The notes under the pieces are model-generated. The model ran no database searches. It saw nothing but the letters and a program-made list of their open reading frames with translations, and had not been told where the DNA came from. From positions 941,528 through 1,005,527 of the forward strand of contig BCIN01000008.1 in assembly GCA_039545335.1 (NCBI GenBank): a stretch of DNA of 64,000 nt, read 5' to 3'. Below, one piece after another: positions 51,907 to 64,000 of the stretch. The translations under genes were made by a program, and so were the position numbers. Numbering within the stretch: position 1 is the stretch's first letter; each line of letters starts with the position of its first letter. This DNA comes from Kondoa subrosea (lineage: Eukaryota).

Positions 51907-52508
51907 CTAATGAGGTACCCTAAATGCTTGTGCGATCCCTGTTTTGGTAAAGATCACGTCCTCAATTCTGACATTCGGAACAAAGACGTGACGTTTATGT
52001 AGTCTTTCAAGCAGGTGCGCAACGAAATCTTGACAATTCTCTTCAGCAATATTCTCGAGGATACCGTTTCTGAGATTCGAGCCACCAAGCCTAGGTAGAA
52101 GGAATCTTCCTTCTTCTGCGATCAGATCTGAAATGTCTGCGAGCGGACTATTGACATGACCAATCAATTGAACTCCTCTTTGCCTTCCTGAGTAATGGCT
52201 AAGAGAAGCAATTTCATGCGATTTATTACGGATGCGCCATCCCCCCGTATTGGATTTCTGTTAACATCGACCGTCAAGGCAGCTCCATTGTCACTGCCAA
52301 AATAGAGTGTCCAGTGATGTAGTATAACTTGACCTTGACCCAGCCTATAGTATGCAAGATAGACAAAGTGAGGTGGTAGACCCATACGTGCTTGATGATT
52401 AGGCTGGGCTGCTATGAGATGCATAGGATGATTCTGTGGGTGAAGCGTGTGGGTAGCATGAACGCATTCTTGAGCATGGCGGTCTGGGATTGGGCATCGG
52501 CAGGACAT
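51907..52508 (-). CDS. Small hypothetical protein with HW...NCQDF motifs (possible permuted papain-like/NlpC-P60 fold)
   Basis: LHHWTLYFG in exon 1 and ENCQDFVAHLL in exon 2. Confidence 0.45.
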
Positions 52509-52600
52509 GTTTGCGTGTTGATTGAGTACAGGAGTGCAGACAAAACGAAGAAGAGGATGAGAAGAGATCAGAAAGAGAATTTACGAGAGAGCTTTTATGC

Positions 52601-53705
52601 TTAAGCTACACCGCGGGCTCCGCGCTTGCAACGCGGTCCATGGCGAATGTGCCGAGGTTCACAGCATGTAACATAGCCTGTTACGGCCAGCCGAGCACAT
52701 ACGAAGCATTGGTCAGATTCCAATATGGGAACAGGACACGAGTCGCGAAATATAAAGGTAGACTTTGCGCAAAGCGGAGGCAGTAGTATTTGCTCTACAT
52801 ACAGGGCAGCACTGCGAGCAACATAAGACTGCTGAAACGACGCCATAGGAAAGAACATACCGATCCGCTCTTCGACAAATGTGCCCGAATACAGCTTGAG
52901 CAGAAGAGGTGACCGCAAGTAGTTACTTCTGATCCTGTATAAAAGAATTCAGATGCTACCAAAGTGAGACTTTCTGGGATATACCAATCATCGGCTCCGC
53001 CAGACAGATAATGCAGCTCGGTCCAACATATTGGGTGACAATCTTCTCCAATGTCTTTTCTAAAGTGATGGTCTTGACTACGATCGGCTCAAGAGATGGC
53101 TCAGAGAAGATGAAGGGCTTGCGAGAGTTGTCTCTAGTGATGTAAGGTATTGGTCGACCGATTTGACCAGCGAGAGTATCGACAGGTATCAGTGTTTTGC
53201 AAACGAGGATCCTACATCACGTATCAGATTATTTATGCATACGATTGGGAGAGACTTTACCTTGGAGCGCTGGCATAAAAAGTCCAACCATATTGCTCAA
53301 GTCGAACCAAAGAATACTCCCTTATTTGGAAAGCATCGATTAAGCCATAGAGAGATGGATGGACTGCTGCTATGACTGTTTCTTTGCTATCAGATAGGAC
53401 GAGGTGCATTTGATAGCCTTCTGCTGATGTAACTCGTTGAAATTGTTTGATCCGTAAGACTTGCAAGATTGGTCGATACCGTCCAATAGAATCGTAGGGC
53501 TCTTCATTAATTGATGCTACAGTGCCTTGGACCAATCTGCACAAAGAATCAGATCCTGCAGGATTGGGGATATATCAAGAATGCTCCTGCCTTGCATCAA
53601 ACAATTGACCTGGTACAACGGCAATTCGCTGTACACCCCAAGCTCCAGACATGACGGTTTGAGAGGTGGATTTATGTATATTTGCAGCGCAGTATGAAGT
53701 TCCAT
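52601..53705 (-). CDS. Hypothetical protein containing an RPA70 N-terminal-like OB fold
   Basis: RPILQVLRIKQF...MHLVLSDSKETVIAAVHPSLYGLIDAFQIREYSLVRLEQY. Gene limits are uncertain. Confidence 0.5.
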
Positions 53706-54347
53706 CGACCTTCATACCGTTAAAGGTTTTTTTGCATTTAATGCGGGAAATGCAGAACTTCACAGAAAAGGATTTCTGAGATGAATCAGCGTAGAGAAGA
53801 ATCACACCGTAGAGATGAAGATATATACAGCGCAATGGAGAACAAAAGCATATCGAACCAGCGACAATTAGGGCGAAAAACAGCTCTTTGAAAGAAACTC
53901 AGCGCTGTGTCGAGACTGCGCTGGCGAGATGCTTTGCTTTCTATTTGGGATCTTTCGTTGTGATCTGATTACTTGAGCACTGAGTTCTATGTTGCGGCCA
54001 ATGGCGCTTTTGACATTCTGATTACCATGGTTCAGCATTGTTGTAAAATAAGTCCAGCGCAAGCTCACCAGCAGAGCAATCTACAACCGATAGAGATCAG
54101 ATAGACACGTGTTTTAGAAGCTTGTAAAACTCACAAGCTACTTTCTTGCATCTCGAACATCTCCATGCCTCGATCTGATGATTCGGTCTGGCACTACAGA
54201 CCGCACAATCCAACTCAGGGCAATGTGATCTTAGAGCAACTACAAGATTGGGGAATGCCAAGACATCAGAACCGAGGCTATGTTGAGTGAACGAGAATTA
54301 AATTGGCTATGAAAATACAGTTAGCGACATAACTGTGTAACAAGATA

Positions 54348-55000
54348 TCAAATGTTCCTTTGAACAAAAGATTTGGTCTTTTGTTGACTTGCTGTAAGCG
54401 CAACAATCAGACTCGATAGCAAGCACAGCTTGAAGATGAATTTGCTGACTTGCGCGTTTCGTACCAGAATGTAAGAGGAAGTGATACTGCCTCCTTCAAA
54501 ATCTGCATCACTTGCATAAGCAGCTAGATAGACCATAGACTTTGCTGGCTCTTTCAATTGTAGACCGAAATAGAGTATTGGACCGTGAGCGCCTAATTCA
54601 GTTTGAGCTCTGCGAATCAAGAGAATGTGTCATCTACTGTTATGATAATAGATGAATGACTTGCAGATTCTTGTCGGTTGACAAAGCTCTAGCACCGGCA
54701 GGATAGGTTTCTTTGGCTGCTTTAATTTCATTGCGGATAATCAGGTCTAATTCATCCAACCACTTGAAGGCCATAGCATCTGGATATTGACTAAGAGGAA
54801 AGCCTTGTATCTTGACATTCTCTGTCAGCCTAGGTACGAGCTATACGAAATGAGGAATAACCTTTGTTGCAAAGTGATCTGGTGGATAAGTAGTCAAAGA
54901 GGGATGTAAAGAAACGCTGGATCTTGCTTTCTGCATCAATTGATCAAGGACTTCCGTTGCTGATGTTTTGGTGTCATAAATGGTGCTTTCAAAGAATCTC
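54348..55000 (-). CDS. Hypothetical multi-exon protein
   Basis: Open, protein-like exons (YDTKTSATEVLDQLMQK..., IQGFPLSQYPDAMAFKW..., AQTELGAHGPILYFG...) separated by intron-like sequence. Confidence 0.35.
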
Positions 55001-55507
55001 TCAGCTTTCGTTGCACTAAAGATACGATTGACTTACGAAACGCCAAAATGATCAATGTGGGTGTAAACTTGACCAGGTCCAAGCAAGAGGGAAGACATGA
55101 TAGAAATGAGTTGGCTGTAGCAGGGCAAGGAATTTCAAACGAAATTACATAAGGAAGCAATCCGAGGGAATGAATAGAATCGAAGTTTGCAATGCGGCAC
55201 TGCGGCAGCCGGGCAATCAATCGGTTGTCGACACCATATGCGTGTGAAGACACATTAAGAGATACAGAAGAAACACTGCAGAAGCAAGGAGTGGCAGATA
55301 GAATTTCTACGAGTTTCGTGTCTTCCCTTAACCGCGAAGCAGCTTGGTAGCTCTGGAGTCAGATTGAGAAATACCAAGACAGAGCTATTCACAGACTGTT
55401 GCGAGCTTGATCTACGTGGAACTGCTCGTTACTGGACAAGAGACTCGATTTTGAGGATTGCAACCTTTGATAGACGGCTCAAGTGGGAAATCTACGCGCG
55501 CAACAAT

Positions 55508-56787
55508 ATGGCCAGCGAAATGGATGTAGATCAAGATCATGCCAGACCAGCCAAGCGTAAGTATCAGCAGCTCTCACCCACAATCCTCGCAATGTTGATT
55601 CAACGAGGTGACAGGTCTTCATATGGACGAATCAATGGATATAGATCCACAAACACCTCCACGACCACAACAAGCAGAGAAGAAGTCTTTGGTCGATTAT
55701 CCTGGTAGCTCAATCATTTCAGAGCAATCCGACAACAGCAGCAAGAGACCTTTGGACCGCGATGAAGCCAGTCTGATACCTTGGTCTGCTACTTCCAGTT
55801 GGGCAACCATTAAGGACGACAGTGTCATGTCAGTGATTGAAGCGCCAGTCAAGGAAAGGAAGAAGGGTAAAGCGAAAGCGAAAGTAGAGGCTAGCCAGGA
55901 GCACGAAGAGGAGCTAATACATAAACCGACTGCAGCTGCTGTAAGTCTTTCTCATTTGCAATTTATCAAAGCTGAGTGCTAGACAGAATTCACATCTTTC
56001 GCAACCACATCTTACTCAAAACAACTATCATTACGCATCGCCACCTTCTTCCTCCTCGTCGACAGCAGAAAAGCAGTGGCAGAATGCTCAAGTACCAATC
56101 ACACTTTTAGGCTACGCTCAATTCTTCTTCAACTTTTCTTTACTCTTGCTAGCACTTTATCTACTCGTCCTATTCATCTGGACAGTATTAGTAGATGTAG
56201 CTGAAAAAGTGGACCTCACTACATCTGAACTCCGTCAAGAAGTTTACGATTGTGCTGAAGCTTTCGCAACAAACAATTGTTTGGGTTACAGAGAAATTGG
56301 CAAAGTAGCTCCTGCTTTATGGAGTATGTGCGCCAAATGGGAATCTTGCATGAACAGAGATCCAAGAAAAGTTGGTGGGAAAGCTAGATTGGCAGCGGAA
56401 ACTATGGCTGAAATCGTAAATGGGTTTGTGGATGTCATTTCTTGGAAAACTGGGGTTCGTATAACGGGTACTCGCGCTGTTGAGCTTTCCGCTAATATTT
56501 GAGAATCGTGTGAACAGTTTTTCATCCTGGCTGCGATAGCTACAATAGTTTATGTCGCCAATTCGGCAATCTCTTCCTACAATCATCATAATATACCTCC
56601 TTACGCTTCACATGCTTGGCAACCACCTACTATGCCGAGAATGCATCAATCTCTTTCCTCAACCGGTCTAGAAGCTTTGCAAGGTCATCAATTTCAACCA
56701 CATTTACCGACTGAAACTCAGCAGATCAATAATCAGATTCATAGGCAGGCAGCACCGCTACAGAAAAGAAGAGGCTGGTTTAGTTAG
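55508..56787 (+). CDS. BRL1: Nuclear envelope/NPC biogenesis protein Brl1/Brr6
   Basis: LGYAQFFFN TM helix; four-Cys lumenal motif C...NNC...APAL..MCAKWESCMNRDP; AETMAEIVNGFVDVISWKT; second TM helix. Confidence 0.88.
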
Positions 56788-57189
56788 TTGTATAGGTAAG
56801 TAAGCCTTTGCAACTGGTACTCGCATGCTAGAAAGCTGATGTTGGGCTCAGCATCACCCTCTTTGCAGCATCTTTCATCGCATAAAGTCATTATTCATCA
56901 TTTACCGTCACTTCTTTTTCGTCTTCTATTTCTCTTCTTCTATCTCCCATTATCACGACTATTCTGATCGAGTATATCTTCACCACGGCTTCAAGCTTGT
57001 GGTGATGCATTGACGAGAACTCTTTTTCTCCGCATCTGATTTGGTCTACTTCAATCTCTGATGAACTTGTGCTCTTGGATATGCCAAGCAGCGCAAACTC
57101 TTTGATACAATATCAATGACGATACATGCTCGAACTATCTCATTTTCTATCCTATCCTATACAAATCGAATGCGAGGTGTCATGTTCTA

Positions 57190-58377
57190 TTACCAAGGTA
57201 TTTCTCTTCCTTTATAATCTCTGCAAATCCCGTTTGTTAGCTAAAGTATTTGGCGGTAGTGAGTAAAGACTTACAAAAACTTCCCTCCATCTTTATCGCC
57301 TTGTTGCCCAATAACCTCGAGCAGCTGGAAGCAAGGTGAATCAGTCCTTTAAGACATATACAACAAGAAGCTCAAGACTGACTAGTTTGGCTGCTGTTTC
57401 GGCTGTATGAATGCCTTCTTCCTGATCAGCCTTCTTCTTATCTACGTAACCCTCAGACAATTCAGATATTGTAGTACCGCTAAATTCCTGGTTAGATAGC
57501 AAGGAGAAACAAGGGAAGAACGAACGGGTGAAGTGCTAATGCGATAGTAGGTGCAGCTGATCGCATTGCTAATTGTCTGTTCAGGCTGACGATGATTTGG
57601 TTGACAGCTGATTTGCTTGATCTGTAACTATACCATCCTCCACCTGCAGGTTAGGCGGACATGATCAGATATTTTACCGGAAAGAAAGAAAGAAACAAAT
57701 AACCTCTGTTATCGCCTATCGAACCAACTCTTGCACTCATACTAGCTAAGACGCTTAGGCCAGAACGAACGTAATCTCCTCCTTCATTGTTGTCTGATTT
57801 TCCTTCTGCTTTCTTTTTAGGTAGCAAAGGAACGAAATGTTTGTAAGTGAGCATATGACCCAAAGTATTAATTTCGAAAGATCTGAGCGCTTCTTCTCTA
57901 TTGATCTTTTCGATTGCTTTCTCAGGTCTCAACTACTCTCTTGCTCATCAGCAAAATTCAACCCTCGTAAAGATATTCAAAACGAACTATTCCCGATACG
58001 TTGATCAACAACCTTAATGAATCATTCCCGTATTTCTTGGATACTTCATTCGCAGCATTAGCGATCGAGTCTTCTTTCAATACATCCAATTCCAAAGTAG
58101 TCAAACGATTTTCTTTCCCATCCAAACCATGTAAGATGGATTTTCTAGCTTCATCAGGTGATCGAGAAGTTGCTACTACTTTCAATGAAGTATTGTTCAA
58201 TAGATGACGCTGTGTATGTTGGATGATCAGCAAAGAGGGAATGTGGGGTATAGCAACATGATGAGACATCTTACAGCGAATTGTAAGCCAATACCTCTGT
58301 TGATCTGATCAGCATATATAGCAACAGATTTTGAGGGAAATATACCTAGAAGAACCTTGTATGACTGCAACAGACAT
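57190..58377 (-). CDS. Short-chain dehydrogenase/reductase, CsgA/C-factor-like
   Basis: VIQGSSRGIG, LINVSGI, INTLGH, SARVGSIGDN, GGWYSYRSSK (YxxxK), LHPGT. Confidence 0.9.
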
Positions 58378-58598
58378 GGTTTGATGACAAAAGAGAGTTG
58401 CGAAATTGCAAATGACATCTTCTCCCAGATCGGCCAAGTCGCGAAAGACTGTATACCTGTTTACTATCTCGTGGATTACCTCAGAACTATTGGATATATC
58501 CAGTCCACGTTCTCTCCCGTTTCCTGGCTGTCGAGTAAATTGCATTTGAACGATCGCATTGGAATAGCAAAGAGTCGCTTTGAGGCTGGGCTGCCGCT

Positions 58599-59332
58599 AT
58601 GAAGCAGAAAGGCAGTAAATTCACAACGTCTCCAACCACCGAAAGCATAGACTGGCCTGCACTACCTTTCTCGCGAGAAGATTTGCATATTGAGACTTTA
58701 CTGGAAGATCAATTACTTCTCATTCATAACTTCTTCACTGCCAAAGACTGCATCAGATGGACTTCCTTCTTCTCTTCTCAATTAAACATGACACCTTCTC
58801 CTTCTGCCAAACGAGGCGAAGCAATTCGTAGGTAACCACATATCTAGATTCACACCTCCAGCTTATACCTATTGCGTAAGGAACGAATGATCGTTTCTCA
58901 ATACATGATCCGTCTTTCGCCAATCGACTCTGGTCCGAAACTTCTCTATCTCAACTCTTTTCCCATTTCCCATCAATTCGAAACCCTCTTCATAAAGCTA
59001 GAGCTCTCAATCCGAATATCCGTATATATCGTTATTCTCCTGGTCAACTCTTTAGAAAACATTATGACGAGTCAATACTGGATCCAGAAAGTGGTTATTC
59101 TTCAGAATGGACTTTGTTAATCTACCTAAGTGGGATAGAGGACGGTGTTAAAGGAGGAGAAACAGCTTTTGATTTGGTTCAAGGGAAGAAAGTAACCAAA
59201 GAATTGATTGTACCGCTTACTAGAGGAACGGTATGTCTACATCGACATGGCGCGGAATGTATGCTGCACGAAGGTCGGGAAGTCAAGCAAAGTGTCAAAT
59301 GGGTGTTGCGAAGCGATGTATTGTTCGGCTGA
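58599..59332 (+). CDS. 2OG-Fe(II) dioxygenase, prolyl-4-hydroxylase-like
   Basis: IHNFFT, LNPNIRIYRY..GQ.F.KHYDES (HxD), LLIYLSG...GGET, HRHG..CMLHEG...KWVLRSD. Confidence 0.88.
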
Positions 59333-59999
59333 GGAGATTGATCGGTGTATAATCTGTTACAATGAAGTATATTCACAGAGGTATTACAAAGGTTCTGCCA
59401 ACTCTTATCAGGCTACTTCTCCGGTCAGATATCCCTAGCAAAGTATATCTGTCAACATTACGACCAAAGCGAGTGCATTTGAACTGAATGCGAGATGAAT
59501 TAGTCTAGAACTGCAAAGGTTTCAGTCCTGCAAATGCCAATCTTCGCCTTTCCACTGCCTGCGACACTTTCAGGTGCATTCACTGTGGAATTCTAAAGAG
59601 TGCTCACAAGTGAAACTTCGCCCGAGCCAGGCCTCTCCGCTGAGCTCGACTGTACAGGGTTTCGGCATGGAGATGATCTTCCATCATTTTATCGACTTCA
59701 GCTGATTTCCTGGCTGCATATATATATTGCCTATAGTAATCCAGTGTCTGCGAAGTGGTCAATACAATCTAATTAGGGGCATATGCGGGACAGAGGACTT
59801 CCGCCCCGCAAGGATATAACAGTGCAAGCTTTGATAGGAGGATGCAAGCGGAGAACCGTGATACTGTCTTTGGTAGTGTTGAGAGTAACCGCATTGTGCA
59901 CAACTGTAGCCAGAGGAGTACTCAAATGTCGATCCAATTGGTTTGTGGAATTGCAGACTAGGTGTGTAGCGAAGCAGGCTGTCGGTCCATCTCTGCTAC

Positions 60000-62851
60000 A
60001 TCGTCCAGCAGGACACTGAAGGGTTGAAGATCTTTGTCTTGCAGTAGAACGAGCATAAGGCCGGAAAACATGACCATTCGACTGGAAATGCCATGCATGA
60101 GCTCAGATTCCAGAGAACTACAATGCACCCGTACATGAAGTAGACAATCGAAATGTCCTTCCTCGAGTGATGAGCGAGACTTTGCGACAGATCAGCCCAA
60201 AACTCAAAACTCTGGCGCTCTGTCAAATGCGCACATATAATTGGTTGCACAGGTTGCACAATGTGGAATGACACTAGACGAGGAAGCTGTAGCGACGAGT
60301 AGTGGAAGGCCTCTCTACCAGGCTGCGGCAGCGTAGCTCCATGACGATGTACAAGCTCGTCAGGTCTTGTAATCACCTACTCGACACAATTTCCCTCCAT
60401 TGCGCATCATTACGTCTGGCGTCTTGCTGCAGCGCTTGCATGTACTGTGTAGGACTGTGTATGGTATTCCATTGTTCTTGCAGGGTACCGCATGTTGGCG
60501 GAGCAGAAACAACCCTCGCTCTTGAATTAATGCTGCAAGGTTATTCACGAGCAGTCCATCCAATGGCTCAATTGATACACAGTCCTACTACAGTCATTTG
60601 TTTGCTGTACTATCCTCCAGTCTAGCCGCCATATTCGCATCAAATTGCCCAAGTTCTGTCTTCTGCCCAGCTGTTCTGCTTTTCCATTCGGATAGTAATT
60701 TCGAATCTGCTGGTAGGGAGGTAGTCTCTATGATCAAATGCGGATTGGTCAGAGCAATGACATAAGAAGGTGTTGAAGGTTTGCTGACTTTGTCTTCGTA
60801 CAGAATGGTTCTGCATGCAACTGAAAGAGTACCATTCTGGTGTTCCATCCTGCGCGATTGAAATACTTTCTCTGTCTTCTTGATCCACTTGTGCATAGAC
60901 TCTTCCGAGATTGGGCTTTGCTTGACAAGTCGCATGAAATCGTGCGACAGTTCAATCTTCTTGTTCTTGTGCATCTCTAGAATGACATCCTTCACTGTGT
61001 CCGATCTCCAGTCGCATGATCCACACTTCAATGTCAACGCGCCTGGTCTGGTTCAGCAAAGGTCAGCTCCTATACTTCACATCATCTGAACAGCCGGACT
61101 GACCTGCATAAAGTCTTCCAGATTCTTGATGCCGTGATTCCTACACCAAACCCAGCCATCAGCATCAAAGCCTTGGAAACGTTGTTGGCCATTTCGACCA
61201 TCGCTTTCTTTATCTTGAGTACCATTGCTTTTTCTGCTTGTAATTCTTCTAGAGTCAGTTTGCTAGCAGCTTCTGTTTCCTTCACCGTCTTCAACGGGTG
61301 TACTACGAAGCTCTCTTTATTGAAATGATTGGACTACAAACAAGACCATCAGTATATTGATGACGATCCATTCGCCAGCTTACCAGTTCAGCATGCAGCC
61401 ATGGCACGATATCTTTAATCACTCCACCCTTCTCGTCAATGATTTCGTCTATCATGCCTATAGTTCCTATCAATTGCTTTAGACCAGCTAAGCCTGACAG
61501 TTGATGCGTTTCGAAAGCGTATTCGAGTGGTGTAGCGATATGCGGAGAAGGGTTTGCTGATATAGCTTGTTTGGTGTTTGAAGAGCCACTTAGAAATGCT
61601 CGTTGAGCTTCCTTCAGTTCTGCCAGTGCGTGCTTGTCTAGCTTGATGTGAGAGCAAGAAAGAGCTAATTATAGAGATAGCGATTGAAGTGAGATCTCCA
61701 GGCATAGATGAGGTTGTGGGTCTTCCCGAGTTCGATCGAGGATGGTCATATCCAATAGCTTCTCTTTAGACCAGAATAGCGCCAACAAGGACTTTTCTAC
61801 AGAGTTCATTTGATGATAATCCAAAGCAAGAAAAGCAAGATTTGGTAAATCGATCTGGAGCTGAAGGTCGTCAATGTGTTCTCTGTTCAGTTTAACGCTT
61901 TTTAGCGATTCATTCCTGATCATGTCGAAAGTGTGTTTGTCTGTTACCATCATTTGGTTTGCTGTTTTCCTTTTAGTACCAGCAGTAGCTTCTTCCTCTT
62001 CATCATTGCTTGCTTCTTCAGCTTCAGATAAAGCGAACCCGTTCTTCTTCTTCTCCCTACATTGTCTTTTTGGTCTTCTACCTCCGCTCTCTGTTTCCTC
62101 ATCGGCAGAGCAAGGCGATTCGATACGAGCCCGTTTCTGCGATTGTGGAGAAGTAGCTTCTGGTTGAGAGGCACCTTGACTACTTTTCTTTTTCTCAGCA
62201 GCAAGGTCAGCCCTTGTTTGCCTCAAATGAGCACTCAGAGATGACGAATCGAGTCGGCAAGATGAAAGCTGCTTGTCTAATGAGTCAACACGGATGTCCA
62301 GTGCTTTGATAGTATTCGTTTTCGTAAGCACTTCCTGATTGAGAGCTCTGACTTTATCTTCTGCAAATGCGTGGTCTTGAAGAAGTTGTTCATAGTTGCG
62401 CTCAAGCTGATTGTAGTCTGTCTGCATCTTCTGCATTTTCGTTTCCAAAGCGCTAACTTCAGAATTAATAGCTTGCTATAAATCAACTCATGAACATTCT
62501 CTGTCCAGTTATGGTAGAGAGCAACAACATACCAGTTCGTCGGCTCTTATACCACCAATGAATTCCCGATACTCCTTGATAGTGAGTCCACACTCGGGAT
62601 CAGAATGCAGAGATGCTTTCAGCTCTCTCTTCCGGCACAATTCGACCAGTCCGAAGCGGCAGGCGAGCTTGAATTGATGGTAGGCTTCTTTTGCAGTGAC
62701 CATCTCACTAAACGGGCGTACACATAAGCACCCAGAAGCACGGATGGAAAGCAGCTTACAACTCCAAAAGCGACTTTTCAAATGCTTGAACTATTGCAGC
62801 GAGACCACCAATGCTAGCGAACCGTTCTAAATCTTTGCATATCATGTCCAT
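60000..62851 (-). pseudogene. Large orphan coiled-coil/Cys-rich gene with in-frame stop codons
   Basis: Exons from MDMICKDLERF... through a coiled-coil ORF. The frame continues about 95 codons past TAA 61669-61671 to a GTAAG donor. The downstream CxxC-rich exon has TGA/TAG interruptions near 60360 and 60317. Confidence 0.45.
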
Positions 62852-63318
62852 CTTCTCCTGATCACTCATCACAGGGCCATTGCCAGATGAAGACGATTGG
62901 GAGATATTCATGACTTCCAGGAGGGGATGAGTAAGATGAGAATGATAGACAGTGAATAGAGTACTGTACGGAGAGCAGAAGAAGAGTCCGGTTCAGCAAC
63001 AGTGACACCCAAGCAGAATCGATTTCTAGCTGTCTCAATCAGATAATCAAAGATAGCTAGAGCGCTCAAATACAGTAACTCCTGGAAGCAGACTAGAAAT
63101 GACCAAGACAATGATTTCAGCTAGCAGAGCCGACAGAACAAGGCGGAGCAGTCGTTGTCGAGGAGAACAGATCAAATATCGAATGTTCGACCGCATCGGT
63201 GATTTACAGCTTAAAGCATGCTGTTCCTGCTCCGTTCCGAAATGGATGAAGATCTCAGTCATTAATAGTGCCTGCGGTTCCTCAATATTGATAGAAATAC
63301 ATCGGTTTGCATTGGAAG

Positions 63319-64000
63319 CTAGCTTTGATCCACATCGATACTCGCCGCATACGCTTCCTTCTCCTTCTGTTCCGATTGATCTATCAGGTAGCGAATAGCG
63401 AATGAGTTCTCATCGCAACTGAACAAAACTCAGCGAAGATTCCAAAGGATGGAAGACAAAACTCACATCTTGACAATATGCTGCTGACAATCCTGCAACA
63501 CTTTCTGAAGACTTCGCAGAGTAGCAGCTACCTCCGCTGCTTTAATTTTGAGTGATCGACCATGAGCAGCTATCAGACCATCGATCCACATGAGGTTGAA
63601 TTCGATATGCCGGCTTCCTTTTTCCAGTTCAGAAGCAATAAACCGTATAAGAGGTTCAGCGTAGACTTCTGGTAATTGCGAAGAAAGACGAGGAATATCG
63701 AAAGGATGTACGGATTCGTAAACTTGGCGTATTATTTGCTGTTCATTGAGACGGAAAGCCATGACAAGCGCTTTCAAATGTTCTGAATCATCGATAGCCT
63801 GATCTATTGTTTCAGGAGTCACTTCAATATCGAGATCGAAAGGGTCGAAAGCGGCTACATCAGAATCGAGTGAGTAGACAAGAAGACCTTCAGTTGATGC
63901 AGCAGCCCAACTGCGACCAGCGGGAGAGAACCTTATGCACTTTGTTCTTGCTTCAGGTCTGTACTTGCGTTTTGACTTGTCTCCTTTGATTGCTCCAGGT
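63319..64000 (-). CDS. PWP2: Periodic tryptophan protein 2 (Utp1), 3' end only
   Basis: FDPFDLDIEVTP...LKALVMAFRLNE...HIEFNLMWI; last exon CDENSFAIRYL. Confidence 0.9.

Noticed and set aside
36332..61671. Alternative genetic code (TAA/TAG reassigned) to explain the in-frame stops
   Set aside because: Conserved genes in the window terminate normally at TAA, TAG and TGA, and no internal stops were noticed in them.
1..64000. tRNA, rRNA, CRISPR arrays, intact transposons
   Set aside because: None recognised by eye; tRNAscan-SE, Infernal and repeat searches would be needed to exclude them.

Overview
Gene-dense, intron-rich fungal nuclear DNA with short GT-AG introns, CTRAC branch points and many microexons, so the ORF track is fragmented. 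Intron density and a basidiomycete-type secreted GPI protein suggest a basidiomycete (inference). The main feature is a compact, apparently complete seven-gene quinate/shikimate catabolism cluster at 10.2-23.5 kb: permease, dehydroshikimate dehydratase, Zn2Cys6 activator, AROM-derived repressor, type II dehydroquinase, quinate dehydrogenase and a QutG-like inositol monophosphatase. This gene set is classically known from ascomycete qa/qut clusters, and the dehydroquinase here has bacterial-looking motifs. Other genes: a Tri3-like acyltransferase, a second IMPase, a GNAT, an amidase, SLX1, SEC24, an NCBP3-like protein, a MYND protein, a MOB/phocein protein, an MFS monocarboxylate-type transporter, BRL1/BRR6, a CsgA-like SDR, a 2OG-Fe(II) oxygenase and the 3' end of PWP2. 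Accessory DNA includes a decayed partial copy of the quinate permease, two paralogous genes with a FAR1/WRKY-like domain, an orphan RPA70N-like OB domain, a putative permuted papain-like protein, and several orphan genes with in-frame stops. Exon boundaries were read by eye, so gene spans are approximate.
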